From Octopus sinensis (taxonomy: Eukaryota): 38,312 nt of DNA. Positions 23,276 to 35,184 of this stretch are shown piece by piece. The stretch covers positions 1 to 38,312 of the forward strand of contig NW_021835806.1 in the NCBI RefSeq assembly GCF_006345805.1. Direction: 5' to 3'. The notes beneath the pieces were generated by a model, which was not told the DNA's origin, made no database searches, and saw only the letters and a list, made by a program, of their open reading frames with translations. The translations under genes and the position numbers were made by a program. Positions within the stretch are counted from its first letter, which is position 1, and each line of letters begins with the position of its first letter.

Positions 23276-24789
23276 TTCTGAGATTCGCCAACACTACACC
23301 TGATTTTCTCCCCTCCATACACACACAAGCATGTGTCTGACTCATGCATTGTCCGCTTTCCAGACATTTGTCCATTACAGCATGTACTTTATACGCACTC
23401 TCTGACAAGTTGTGGTGCACCTGAGCACTGTATACAATAATTTCATTATTATTCTTTTATTAGGTTTGTCTTTCCTTTCTTATATCTGCACTAAACATAT
23501 GACGTGAAATTGTGCCCTCACTTCTGCCCTTCTCTAACCAACGTTATTCTCATCTTTGCTTAATTCCAATGGCAACCAGTTTGGTTATCCATGATCTAAC
23601 CATTAACACATTAGACACACCACTTTAAGTTGTATAAACACTCACACCTGATCTCCTTCTTAAACATTGCTGCAGGTAATCATTAGTTTTCAACTTCCTG
23701 CATCACTGTTCACCAGAATGTCAGCTGATGCATGAAATGATTTAAAACACCTTAATAGATCAGTGTTTATAAAGGTGAGCGGAAAATGATAATAGGTGAC
23801 CTCAAAGAGGATACACTTGCACAAACTTCACCCTACTACAGGTAACTCTTAATCCTTACATTATAGCAGTGAAAAGATCTGAAATGGTAGAATGGAAGTG
23901 ATTCTGAAAACTCTAGGATATCTCTGACAACCCTCTTCTATATATCAACCAAAATTTCGTCTCTCCTTTGATGTCCCCTCAATCAATGCGGTGCCTCTGA
24001 ATGGGCTGAGAATTCAGTTCAATCAAATCTGAGGGGACGAAATGGACACCTTCTGTAGAAATATTCACCTGACAGAAAACCGTCTTCCTGTTGTTGTAGT
24101 TAACAACATTACAAGGAATATGAAACCCTGCTCATACCCCATTCCACCATCACTGTTTTACCACATTTGTCACTAATGATCATTGACGTCAACTAATTGA
24201 AAATGTTTCTAAAATGTTTTATAAAATACATCTAATTAGTGTCAAATACGTATACAGATATGTTCCACAACATAGTGTTTCCTATGAAATGAATCGAAAA
24301 CACAATACCATCAAAACATACTGAAACATAGGGACCATAATCACGGTTCGTATGGATGTGGTCTTGTAACCAAGGAAAATTGTAAAATTACAGAGAGTAA
24401 TAAGGTGTAGAATGTTACTCGAAAGTGCTAAGTTCTGTTGAGGTTCTACAATTTGAGAAATGATCTACCTATGATAAGAATATTCACAATATACAATATG
24501 ATATTTAGAGGCCTCTGAAACTCGTTCCGGGTGTAAAAATCGCGTTTTTGACAATTTTCAACTCGCCAGTAAACCATGTGTCGTATTCAACAATGGATCG
24601 AAACTCATTCTCCAAGATTGTATACATCTACACTTTATTCGTTCAAAATCTCAAAGTCTGTTCTTAACTTCTTCACAGTTAATTTTATTTTTCCAATATG
24701 TGCTTTTTAAAAATCTTGCACAGTTCTCTGACAAAACTTTTATCACACAAGGTTAATAAAAGTGACAGGACCAGCAAGTTCGGGGAGGG

Positions 24790-24950
24790 AGTACATTGAT
24801 TACATCGACCCCAGTGCACAACTGGTATTTTCCTTTTGACCCTGAAGGGGTGAAAAGGCGAAGTCAACCTCGGCAGAATTTGAAATTAGAACCTAAAGAC
24901 GGACGAAATGCAGTTAAGTGCATTAACGATTCTGCCAGGGGTCACCTTAT
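24790..24950. mobile_element. SINE-like repeat, orientation 1
   Basis: tcgaccccagtgcacaactggt...aacctcggcagaatttgaa; reverse complement of the neighbouring copy. Confidence 0.6.
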
Positions 24951-24984
24951 CTATTATTTAATAATATTAAAGCGGCGAACTAGC

Positions 24985-25160
24985 AGAATCGGTGGCGCGC
25001 CGAACAAAATGCCTAGTGGCGTTTCGTCCGTCTTCACGTTCTGAGTTTAAAATTCCACCGAGGTTGTCTTTGCCTTTCATCTTTTCAGGGTAAATAAAAT
25101 AAGTACCAGTTGTGTACTGGGGTCGATATACTCGCCTCATTTCCTCCCCAGAAAATGATC
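24985..25160. mobile_element. SINE-like repeat, opposite orientation
   Basis: ttccaccgaggttg...accagttgtgtactggggtcgat. Confidence 0.6.
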
Positions 25161-25589
25161 ACACAAGATCAATAAAAGGGCAGATATAAGCCGCCTATTT
25201 GGTGAAAAGGATCTTATTTTACATATAAAAATTTATATTTTAAATCATATTATTTTCATACTGAAATGCTTATGGTATTAAAGTAAAATTCCTAATTACA
25301 ATTTGAGATGTAATTGATTTACAATTCATTGATTACATATTAACAAACAATTATCTAATTAGATCATTATTATACGTTTTGTATTTTTGATTGTAAAAAT
25401 AACTAGATATAAACGATGACAATCTCTTCTGGATGAGAGCAGATCCTCAGGGGCCAGCTTATAAAACCTGGCTCTCTGTATCAGGTGCTCAAACCAATCA
25501 GATAATGTTTGGTTAGGGCACCCGACAAGCATTGCTACAGATCGAGGAACGCCATGACTGAAGTCATGCGTTTGATTGGTGCATGAAAT

Positions 25590-26690
25590 TAATAAATCTT
25601 GGTTTTCATCTGAGAGTTCAATGATACGACCAATGTACCAATCATTTTCATTCGTGTATCCAACATATTTTCAGGACTTTAACTTTGAAATATTTTGCTC
25701 AGATGCTGGCCTCTCCTCACCTAAAAGAGTGAAATTGTCATCAGCTGATATCTTCGTTAGAAGATCAGATCTTGAAGAAGGTACGAAGCGGTGATGGGAT
25801 CGTGTGCCAACTAATTTCACTGAGCTGCTGATTCGTGAAAGCAAATCGAAGCTGTTTTCATTTCGGATGACATCGGATGCCGACATGTCAAAGAACATTA
25901 TCTCTGGAATGCTTGCACATGCTCAGCCATACATCTTGCAACCTGTGAGAAAATGTCTTTCCTGGTTGCTTGTAGACTTGCTTTTTCAGCAACACATTTC
26001 ACCATCCTACTGATCCCCTCATATGTACTTTTTCCACATGACATGGCAAAGAAAAACGACTCCGCTTCAAGTCCTTGATCATTCTGATGATGACAGAGAT
26101 TTGTTTGGTGTCTCTAGTTCTTGTATTGGTCGGCTGCTCCGTCACTGAAGTACAGGAGATGGTTTATGAATGGAAGTTCTGTCTTTATATGCGATATCAC
26201 CCTCGTAATAAAAGCATGCACTATGGGGTTGTCATGTTTCAAACAATCAGATATGACACAGATTGAAGTGCATTGTGGGTTTGAACCAGTCTTATAACAA
26301 ATCACGAATGGATGAATATATTGGCCTGGGAGTTGTTCCGATGAAAACCTTGCTCCGAATCCTTCACTACAAAACTATAATTTTCTGCCAAGTCTGACAA
26401 TACTCTCGCATGATTTGATGTCAGATCATCTTTCTGATGAAAAAGGAGACTAGTTTGAGCCTTTGCTATGAAATAGGGTTGATGCAGAGTGTCAAATACA
26501 TTTTTAGCGGTTTGAAGGAAATCATTCACTGGGGAAGTTAGGCACATCAGGAAGGCCCAGTCCACATAAATCCTCGTTACTAAATCCTCTGAGTCAAAAT
26601 CACGTGATAAAAATATGTCCAACACTTCAGTCCACTCAGCTGGCGAAAATATGTAATTTTACAGCGGACTAAATCAAAATCAAAATCGAT
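25590..26690 (-). mobile_element. Decayed DNA-transposon-like transposase fragment, superfamily not assigned
   Basis: Broken frames containing DLAENYSFVVKDSEQGFH, CVISDCLKHD, YFSDGAADQYKN and GTRSHHRFVP. Confidence 0.5.
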
Positions 26691-26704
26691 CAACATCAAT
26701 GGAA

Positions 26705-27030
26705 ATTGTAGCTGTGATACCAGTGCCGGTGGTACGTAAAAGAACCATCCGAACGTGGCCGTTACCAGTGCCGCCCGACTGGCCTCTGTGCCGATGGCAC
26801 GTAAAAAGCACCTTCCAATCGTGACCGTTTGCCAGCCTCGTCTGGCACCTGTGCCGGTGGCACGTAAAAAGCACCCACTACATTCACGGAGTGGTTGGCG
26901 TTAGGAAGGGCATCCAGCCGTAGAAACTTTGCCAGATCAGACTGGGCCTGGTGCAGCCTTCTGGCTTGAAGACCCCAGTTGAACCGTCCAACCCATGCTA
27001 GCATGGAAAGCGGACACTAAATGATGATGA
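26705..27030 (+). mobile_element. SINE/RTE-tail-like repeat with three internal gtgccggtggcacgtaaaa units and a (TGA)n tail
   Basis: aggaagggcatccagccgtagaaac core; related copies near 33850-34040 and 38140-38312. Confidence 0.6.
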
Positions 27031-27144
27031 CTAGCGTCCTATTCATGGAAAAATATATAAGCCGGGGGAACCGGGAAACCAACCCTATGCTTTTTATGGT
27101 GTAATGTGGTCTAACATAATTAGGTACAGTTACTTTCTACTCAC

Positions 27145-27195
27145 CAGGTGGTTCTGCCAACATCTGGACTTCCGGTTTTGACGACTTTGGACCCT
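27145..27195 (-). CDS. 51-nt phase-1/phase-1 exon after the RING, (E)GPKSSKPEVQMLAEPP
   Basis: ttgtttatttcag| acceptor, G|gtgagt donor, no stop codon, continues the phase-1 end of the RING exon. Confidence 0.8.
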
Positions 27196-27657
27196 CTGAA
27201 ATAAACAATTTCATGTTTTAAAACACTGTAGAAAAATTCTTTATCATTATTAATAATCGATATTTTATTATTGTTAGACAATCCTATCATCATTGGTCAA
27301 CTGGTGACCATCATGCTTTTGGAGAGCATTTGTATAATTTCTTGAGTATTACTATGTAACGATTCAAAATTTAGGTCCACAACAGCCTAAACTACACTTA
27401 ACAACCCTTCTCTGTCTCTTAAGGCATCCAGCAATTCTAACAATTCTGAAATTATCTCATTTAATTATCACCTAATAACAACAGATTCTCTCTTAGTTTC
27501 GTTTTGGTTTTCTTATGTTTGTTCCAGATCTTTGACAAGACATCGTCATTTCACCTCCAGAGATCTCTAATCAATATTCGTCTCATCTTCTGCTAAATTC
27601 AAATGTCAACCAAGTTGCGCATCGAAGATCCAACCCCAAGCACGAAACACCACTTCA

Positions 27658-27724
<67 letters not shown>
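27658..27724. repeat. (TA)n microsatellite
   Basis: Directly visible. Confidence 0.95.
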
Positions 27725-27727
<3 letters not shown>

Positions 27728-28442
27728 GTTCTCTTTGTTATTGGTTACTACTAGTAATCTTTAATTTTAATTACCCACATCACAGTTCTCCAGAATGTAA
27801 TCAGATTTGGGGAAATATCTGAAGATATTTCAATGTCATTCATCCTCCTGAATAAAGCAGGTCGAACAGAAAGTGACATCAGGTCTAACAGGAGTGATAT
27901 CTCGTGTCCTAAATTAACACACTACATTCACACAAAACCTCATTAACGACATATAAACTTGTCGTCCACACATTATTGCTGTGAAATATTTGAAACGGTT
28001 CAGAAGAACTGATACTCGGGAATACTAATCTATACATCAATCAAAGTTTCCCACCCTTTTGATGTCCCTTCTCTAATGTTGGTCCCTAAACCCTCAGTTG
28101 AGATTTTCTTATTGAGTCTCCTATTTTATAAAAGCTCACTTTGATATTCATATAAATGCAGTTGTTTTTAATTATCAGCTTCCGAAGATATTGATAAATC
28201 ATTAATCACTCTAATCACACACAAGATGTCGGTATTTACTGATAGAACCTTGGTGATTTATTGGTATTTAGTCACCATTTATAATTCAGTATTCTTTATT
28301 ATTTTTATGTTGCAGAAAGTAACCATCTTGAAGTGTGACAAGTCTTCTAATTGGACAAGAACAATGTTTAGTGGGAGTAGTGAGAGACATAATATGACAG
28401 AGAAAAGACACCTGGAACATCTTTTATCAAAAGTGTGCTTGA

Positions 28443-28459
28443 TTAAGGCAGAACTGGAT
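28443..28459 (-). CDS. Candidate proximal stop exon (D)PVLP* after a 75-nt intron
   Basis: gttgtgtag|AT CCA GTT CTG CCT TAA is in phase 1 with the RING donor; an AATAAA lies downstream near 28290 on the minus strand. Confidence 0.3.
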
Positions 28460-28534
28460 CTACACAACATGAAATACAATATTCCACACCATAAAGCACA
28501 TGAGACAAACAGACAGATCATACAGTATTCTTAC

Positions 28535-28677
28535 CCAAACTATTTTTGCTCGTTATATTCTGTCTACACATAGGGCATCGTTTAGGTATCTTTGGGGGAC
28601 AGCATTTCTTACACAGCGAAAGATGTTTACATGGAAAGAACGTCTCTGTGGCCACTTCGTCTTCACAAAACACACAT
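28535..28677 (-). CDS. RING-HC (C3HC4) exon of the ANK+RING gene
   Basis: tcctcag|A TGT acceptor, TTG G|gtaaga donor, 143 nt, phase 2-1. Translates CVFCEDEVATETFFPCKHLSLCKKCCPPKIPKRCPMCRQNITSKNSL = C-x2-C-x11-C-x-H-x3-C-x2-C-x8-C-x2-C. Confidence 0.92.
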
Positions 28678-28829
28678 CTGAGGAACAAAAACATGAACAC
28701 ATCCCATTAATAACATTCATTTATAACAAATATTACATTGTGTGCGTATTTACAGTAGAGAATATTATGCGAGACCACAATTAAACAATTACATATGGGC
28801 GAATTTGTGAGTATATAAATGCAGACCCA

Positions 28830-28850
28830 GACACACAGACACAGACACAG

Positions 28851-28884
<34 letters not shown>

Positions 28885-29004
28885 ACATATATATATATAT
28901 ATAAATGGACACAAATATTAATAAGTATATGTCATGACATTGATACATCACAAAAACTGATTTACGCAAAGTGAACAACATATATTCCAGAAATATAATT
29001 CACT

Positions 29005-29043
<39 letters not shown>

Positions 29044-29222
29044 CCGAGTTAGTCGCCATGATAGATTTTTAGCCGCTACACACATTTTTTACTCTCCTTG
29101 TTTCTATCCTTGTTTTTTTTCCGTGTCCCTTTCTGTAGAAGAGCGAAGGCTCGAAACGTAAAAGACTTTTTCTATTCCTTCAACACCACCTGTCATCGTC
29201 TTTTGTTTTTTTCGTAAACTCT

Positions 29223-29270
<48 letters not shown>

Positions 29271-29345
29271 GTGTGTGTGTGTATGTGTGTGTGTGTGTGT
29301 GTGTTGTGTGTGTGTGTGTGCGTATATGTATATATATATATATAC
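28830..29345. repeat. Cluster of compound (CA)n/(TG)n/(TA)n microsatellites
   Basis: Tracts at about 28830-28905, 29005-29045 and 29225-29345. Confidence 0.9.
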
Positions 29346-30847
29346 ACGGGGGGAAATAAATATTCGTAATGTCAAAATTCTTTTATTTATTTAATTTCTA
29401 ATGAACATAAATGGGATATACCACTATTATATATTTGCATACAGATGCATAAACTAAGAATATGCAAAAGAAACTAATAAATTATAGTAACTAAGGAATT
29501 TATATACAATTATAAATATTTAGGGGTGAAAAAAGTATTCGTACAGAATATAAATAACTGATAATTCTGATTTAATACTTCGTAGCATAACCATTATTCA
29601 GTTCCACTTCAACCAATATCTTCTTGTAGTTCTTCACCAATGACTCGCATGTTTCTTTAGGAATTTTTTCCTATTCTTCTTGACAAATTTTCTTCAAATC
29701 TGCAATGAACGTTGGGGCTCTTGAATTTCAATTTTCAAATAACGCCACAAATTTTCAATGGGGTTCAAGTCAGGTGACAGGCTTGGCCATTACAATAATT
29801 TTATATTGTGATTGACAATCCATATTTGGTAGACTTCACCGTGTGCTTAGGGCCGTTACCCTGTTGTAAAACCCACCCTTCACAAAGCTGGAGCTTTTCA
29901 ACAGAGTCCCATAAATTATTGTTCAAAATATTTTGGTACATCTCTGCATTCATTCTACCATCTATCACATGTAAATTGCCAGTACCATTTGCAGAGAAAC
30001 ACCCCCACACCTCCAATCTTTACGGTAGGAATTGTGTTTTTACTCCAAACATGGGTAAGCGAATTTCGTCCAAACAATTCGATTTTCGTCTCGTCTGTCC
30101 ATAGAACATTTTCCCAGAATGTATCAGATTTATCTTTATGTTCATAACAAATTTTAAACGGGCATCTCTATGCCTTTTAGTCAACAGAGGAGTTTTTCTA
30201 GGAGAGCGTGACTTCAGTTCATTCCTATGAAAACTCCTTTCTGGTGATTATTGCATTTTTTTCCGATTCTTCGCTTCATTTTTCTTAAAGATCTTGGGGA
30301 AATCTTGCGTGGTGCTCCGGATCTTATTCTATTTTCAACAGTTCCCGATTCCTTATATCTTTGAATAAATGAAGATTTGGTAGTAAGCGGAATACAAAGT
30401 CTCTCTGATATTTTCCTGTAACTTTTACCTACTTTCTACAGTTCAGTAATTAAGTTTTTCACTGAATTTGTGAGTTCTTTACTTTTCGCCATTATTGCGA
30501 TATTACTTTATGTTGTCTCAGTGCTGAATGAAGAAGCTAGTGTTTTGACACTCAAAAATGAAAACTGATAAGATTATTGGAATAAACAAGAAATTTCTAG
30601 TAAAAAAATATTTTAACAGTATTTTGTGGCATAGAAAATCATACATTTATTCTTTACGAATACTTTTTTCACCCCTAAATATTTATAATTGTATATAAAT
30701 TCATTAGTTACCATAATTTATTAGTTTCTTTTGCATATTCTTAGTTGATGCATGTGTATGTGAATATAGTATTGGTATATCCCTTTTATGTTCATTAGAA
30801 ATTAAATAAAGAATTTTGACAGACGAATATTTATTTCCTCCCCACAG
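29345..30847 (-). mobile_element. Tc1-family DNA transposon with ~200-bp terminal inverted repeats and a disrupted transposase (30492-29572)
   Basis: TIRs at 29345-29545 and 30650-30847, flanked by TA. Translation gives MAKSKELTNSVKNLITEL*...RSGAPRKIS...VWGCFSANGTG...WVLQQGNGPKH...NGYATKY*. Confidence 0.92.
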
Positions 30848-30864
30848 TATATATATATATATAT

Positions 30865-30927
<63 letters not shown>

Positions 30928-30956
30928 ATATATATGTATATATATATATATATATG

Positions 30957-30995
<39 letters not shown>

Positions 30996-31070
30996 ATATA
31001 TATATATATACATGTATGTATCTATGTATGCATGTATAAATACGTATGTATGTATGTATCCATGTATGTA
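30848..31070. repeat. (TA)n / (TATG)n microsatellite
   Basis: Directly visible. Confidence 0.95.
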
Positions 31071-31507
31071 CACTAATTGTATGTGTTTGTAGGCGATTTT
31101 CTCAGGATAGCTCACATGGACATGACTGGCTGGGACAGAGAAGACAGAGGAACAATCTGTTGGTAGAGAGATAAATTCCATCACTTCACTATTTACTTCT
31201 ACATTTTCTCATTGGTCCCAAATCTTTAAAATAGGGAACTGAGAGAGGTGGGTTGGGATTTTAGGAGAGGTATAACAGTCAACACAACCAATCATTTGAA
31301 TGTAATCAAAATAGTGTTCTTTCTTTAATTAGCTTAACAACTGCATATCGTTTATTGTTCTTCTTACTGTTGTTGTGTAACCTTTCATTAAGCCTCTAAG
31401 ACAGTATAATGTATCAGTCGAATTAAAACAATAGAAACATATAAACACGGTTATATACAAAACAGAAAATGTAATGGTTTATCTTGTCATTGCCAGTGAA
31501 TACTTAC

Positions 31508-31686
31508 TGCGTTGGTGGGAATAACATATTTAACGTCTTTTTTAAATTTTCCTTTTCTATTAGGTCCAATGGTGTTCTACCACTTTTGTTTTTACAGTAA
31601 AAGTTGGCCCCGTGGTGGGCTAGGTAGCTGGCAACTACCACACCAGAGCACCTTTCTTCATTTCCCAGTTTCAGCTCTACGCAGAA
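31508..31686 (-). CDS. Last-ankyrin/linker exon of the ANK+RING gene (not in the ORF track)
   Basis: tttgtag|TTC acceptor, CA|gtaagt donor, 179 nt, phase 0-2. Translates FCVELKLGNEERCSGVVVASYLAHHGANFYCKNKSGRTPLDLIEKENLKKTLNMLFPPT(Q). Phases match both neighbouring exons. Confidence 0.9.
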
Positions 31687-33489
31687 CTACAAATGATGAA
31701 ATATAAAATGATGAGTTAAAGATTACACAAACATATACTAAGATGCCCAAATTACACAACAGTTCAACTACATTTACACATAGTTTTGTTTCTCCGTGAT
31801 TAAACTATTCACACAGCGTTGATTTCTTACATCATCTCTTAGTTGAGTCCACTTTTCATTATCATTTGTTTTACTTTACGTTCTACATTAAGACAAAAAT
31901 TATGATCATTATATTGAACAAAACGCACATTAGTGGTCAACGTTATTGCTTAACAATGATATTTAATGAGTAAATATTTACTTGCCAATCACAATGTCAC
32001 AAACTATTCAATAAAAACACAATATAAAGTTATTATAACATCAAGTCAAATATACAAAATATAAGGACAGAATGTCACAATAATGAAAGACAACAAACCA
32101 ACAAGACCTATCTCTACAACTGGCTTGATAAAGCCAAATGGCCACAGCAAGAGAATACTTACGGAAGAGTATTGTACATATAAGTACTAGCTTAAGGTGA
32201 CCCGCTCTACGCGTGGGTTGGGTGTGATTGTTACTTTCTGTTGCTTCCTTGTTTCTTATCGCCATATTCACCTCTTTGTTCCTCTCTCCTTTCTCTCTCG
32301 CATCCCCCCACTCTCTACTCTTCCTTTATCTCGGACTCTCCCTCACTTTCTCTTGCTTTTTATCTTTCTCTATCTATCTATCTCCCATTTATAAAAACTT
32401 AGATTTCCGTGCTTAAATTACAAATCTTCTACTTTACCATGTTGAAAATTTGATTGAAATCGGGCAAAAGGTGTCCAATCTAAACCCCCAATTGTCCCCC
32501 AAAATCAATAAAATCCCTATTTTCACACCAAACGACCACAGTAGCGCCCCAAAAGTCTCTCAAAACAATTTCTCACCGGCAAGTTACCCCCTCTTCTAAA
32601 TTGTAATCTCCTTCCAGGCCCAATTACCCATATTTTACATAAAAATCCAATTTGTATCATCGTTCGCCTTCTTCATTTGATAGATTAGAAATACATACCC
32701 GCCCTGTTCGGAATTAAAATAGTTTATTATTGTTTTACTCGTTTTGGTATTATAACCCGATTTCATTCGGTCTAAGCGGGCCACATTTTAAAAGATGAGG
32801 AATTTTGCCCTAGAGTCCATGCCTTTCAATTGAGCAAATTCGAAGTTCCAATACAAACTCGCTAGCACTTTTAACATAGGTGTGCATATTTTTAGCCAAA
32901 TCCAACCACATATGCACACAGTATATATATAAATTAACACAATATATCTGTTTAATAATATCTGTTATGACTGTGCGATGGAGGTGGGCGATATTAGTTC
33001 ACCATTCTAAAAGACCTGTGGCGAGAATATTTAAACTTTTGCGGTTGTCATCGCTTTCTGTCTATAGATACAGACAGGTGTACAGTGAGAGAGGTGGTGC
33101 AAGAAAGAGTGACAGAGAGACATCGTTATAGAGGGATCAAAAATCACTCTTTTTGCCATAGCAACCACATCTTATAGCTTGCGAATTTTAACCATCGCGG
33201 GTCTCATTCTCACCACGCATTTAGTATCCTTGCCTCGGTTTGGCTGCCATTAACCTCCAAAGCAAAATGTGCATAAAATTTTCGTCAAAGGACTGTCTTA
33301 TAGATATGAATAACACCACAAAATAATAAGTTATACCAGAAAAGAGAACAGCAACAACATAGCAAGGCCTTCAGACATAACAACTAAATCAACACCACAT
33401 AGACATATCCACGCAGATCAATAATGTTTCTTTAATTAAGTGGATTGGAGAGAAAAACAGGGTATATAAGGCATCGGATTTTGTGCGCA

Positions 33490-33720
33490 GAGAGAAGTCT
33501 ACCATGGTATGGTTATGTGATGCATATGGATGAAGATAGCTTCATCAAGAAGTGGTGATCTCTCATTGTGGAGGGAATGTGTGGAGGGGGTAGACCCAGA
33601 AAGACGTGCAATAATGTGGTGAGAAAGGACCGTCAGACGTTGGGCCTCACAGAGGGGATGAAATGGGAGCGATACTTTTGGCAGTCTGCTGTACTTGAGA
33701 TGATATGCCAAGCTAAGTCG
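33490..33720 (+). mobile_element. RTE-clade LINE 3' fragment
   Basis: VEGMCGGGRPRKTCNNVVRKDRQTLGLTE. Confidence 0.75.
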
Positions 33721-34319
33721 TCGTTGTCCTTGCATACTGTCATGACCCCTGTATCATTCTTCGTCTGAGATATCCTAATCTTTGGGATCATGGGTGCTGA
33801 TGCTTCGGAAAAATCACCCATGCTGGTGTCACATACAAATATCCGTGTCGGTGCTGCAGAAAAGCACGCAGTACATTATGTAAATTGGGTGGCATTAGGA
33901 AGGACGTCCAACTATCGAAACAATGCGTAAAGAGATATGGAGCCCAGGTAGCTTTTCATCAGCTGACAGCTTCTGTCAAAGCGTCGAACCCATGCCAGCT
34001 TTGAAAACAGTCGATACATGATTGATGATGATGATGAATTAATAAGGAAACATCTTTTGATGAAGAAAGTGAAGTAAGGGAAGTAAGAATCGGTGTCACA
34101 GTTGAAGCAGAACACCAACGCATAGTTGATAATTTGTTCAGTGTTAGTCTGATGGACTATTCCAGTAGGTGGGGAGGTCGCTGGCTGTCAGAGTAGGTTC
34201 CTCTCACCAATTAGACATTACAACAATACACAGATGACCATCAACTGCCTGAATAGTAGTCAGTCATCTGTAGTGAGCTTTATTCATATGGAAAGCCCCA
34301 TGTCATAATTCAAACTAAC

Positions 34320-34620
34320 GCAGCGAAAATTTTGAAAAGTTCCCCCAGTTCTGAAAAAATTCGATAAATTCGACATGGAGTCGAGAATCTAAACTTTTTA
34401 TATGCACACATCTTCTGTCTAGAGGATGCAACTCGACCTTTTTATCGCCCAAAGGGACAGCTAGGAACATCGTATACACAGAAGTATTCGAGTGAAGAGA
34501 AGATATTGCAACCTACACACGCACCTTCGTTCCCTAGAGGGAAAGGACTAGATTGGGATTAGTCGTTGCCTACTAGGGCTCTTACATACCCGGGCAATGC
34601 CGGGCTATGCTGCTAGTATT
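34320..34620 (-). repeat. Possible non-autonomous Helitron/HINE-like element
   Basis: Terminus actagcagcatagcccggcattgcccggg with a short subterminal palindrome; a similar tactagc...acccg start lies near 32185. Confidence 0.3.
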
Positions 34621-35054
34621 ATATAAAAGAAATGTGACAGAGAGCTGTTTCAGGCAGAATTCTTCCTGGAATGGACAAGATGTATTTATTATCATGGCCC
34701 CAGCACTATAAATGTTACTGTCTATCATATGAACCTCTCTTCTACCCAGTATCATTGTTAATTCAGAATAATATCTCCTGTCTTGAATAGATCATTTCTC
34801 CTTCAAATTTTGATGACCGTGTTTGTATGGCCAACATTCGAGATGGATCACCTTCTCTACCATGGAGAGGTCGTGCCTTTGAGGACGGAAGGGGACGGAA
34901 TAAAGAATAGTGTTTGTTACATAATAATATAACTAAGGGTTACCATTGTGACTGGATCAGGAAATGGTAATGGAGGATGGGGTTGGTAGGTGAGAATTGC
35001 GATATAAACAATGTCTGTTTCTGTCTGTCTTTCTCTGTCAGTTTGTCTATTTTA

Positions 35055-35085
35055 CACACACACAGACGCACAAATGCACACACAC

Positions 35086-35127
<42 letters not shown>

Positions 35128-35160
35128 GCACAAATGCACACACACACACACACACACATA
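35055..35160. repeat. (CA)n compound microsatellite next to the ankyrin exon donor
   Basis: Directly visible. Confidence 0.95.
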
Positions 35161-35184
35161 GTCACAAACAATGTGAAAACTTAC

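Noticed and set aside
28781-31184. Low-complexity ORFs (YIYI, CVCV, HTHT), also 34940-35411
   Set aside because: Translations of microsatellites.
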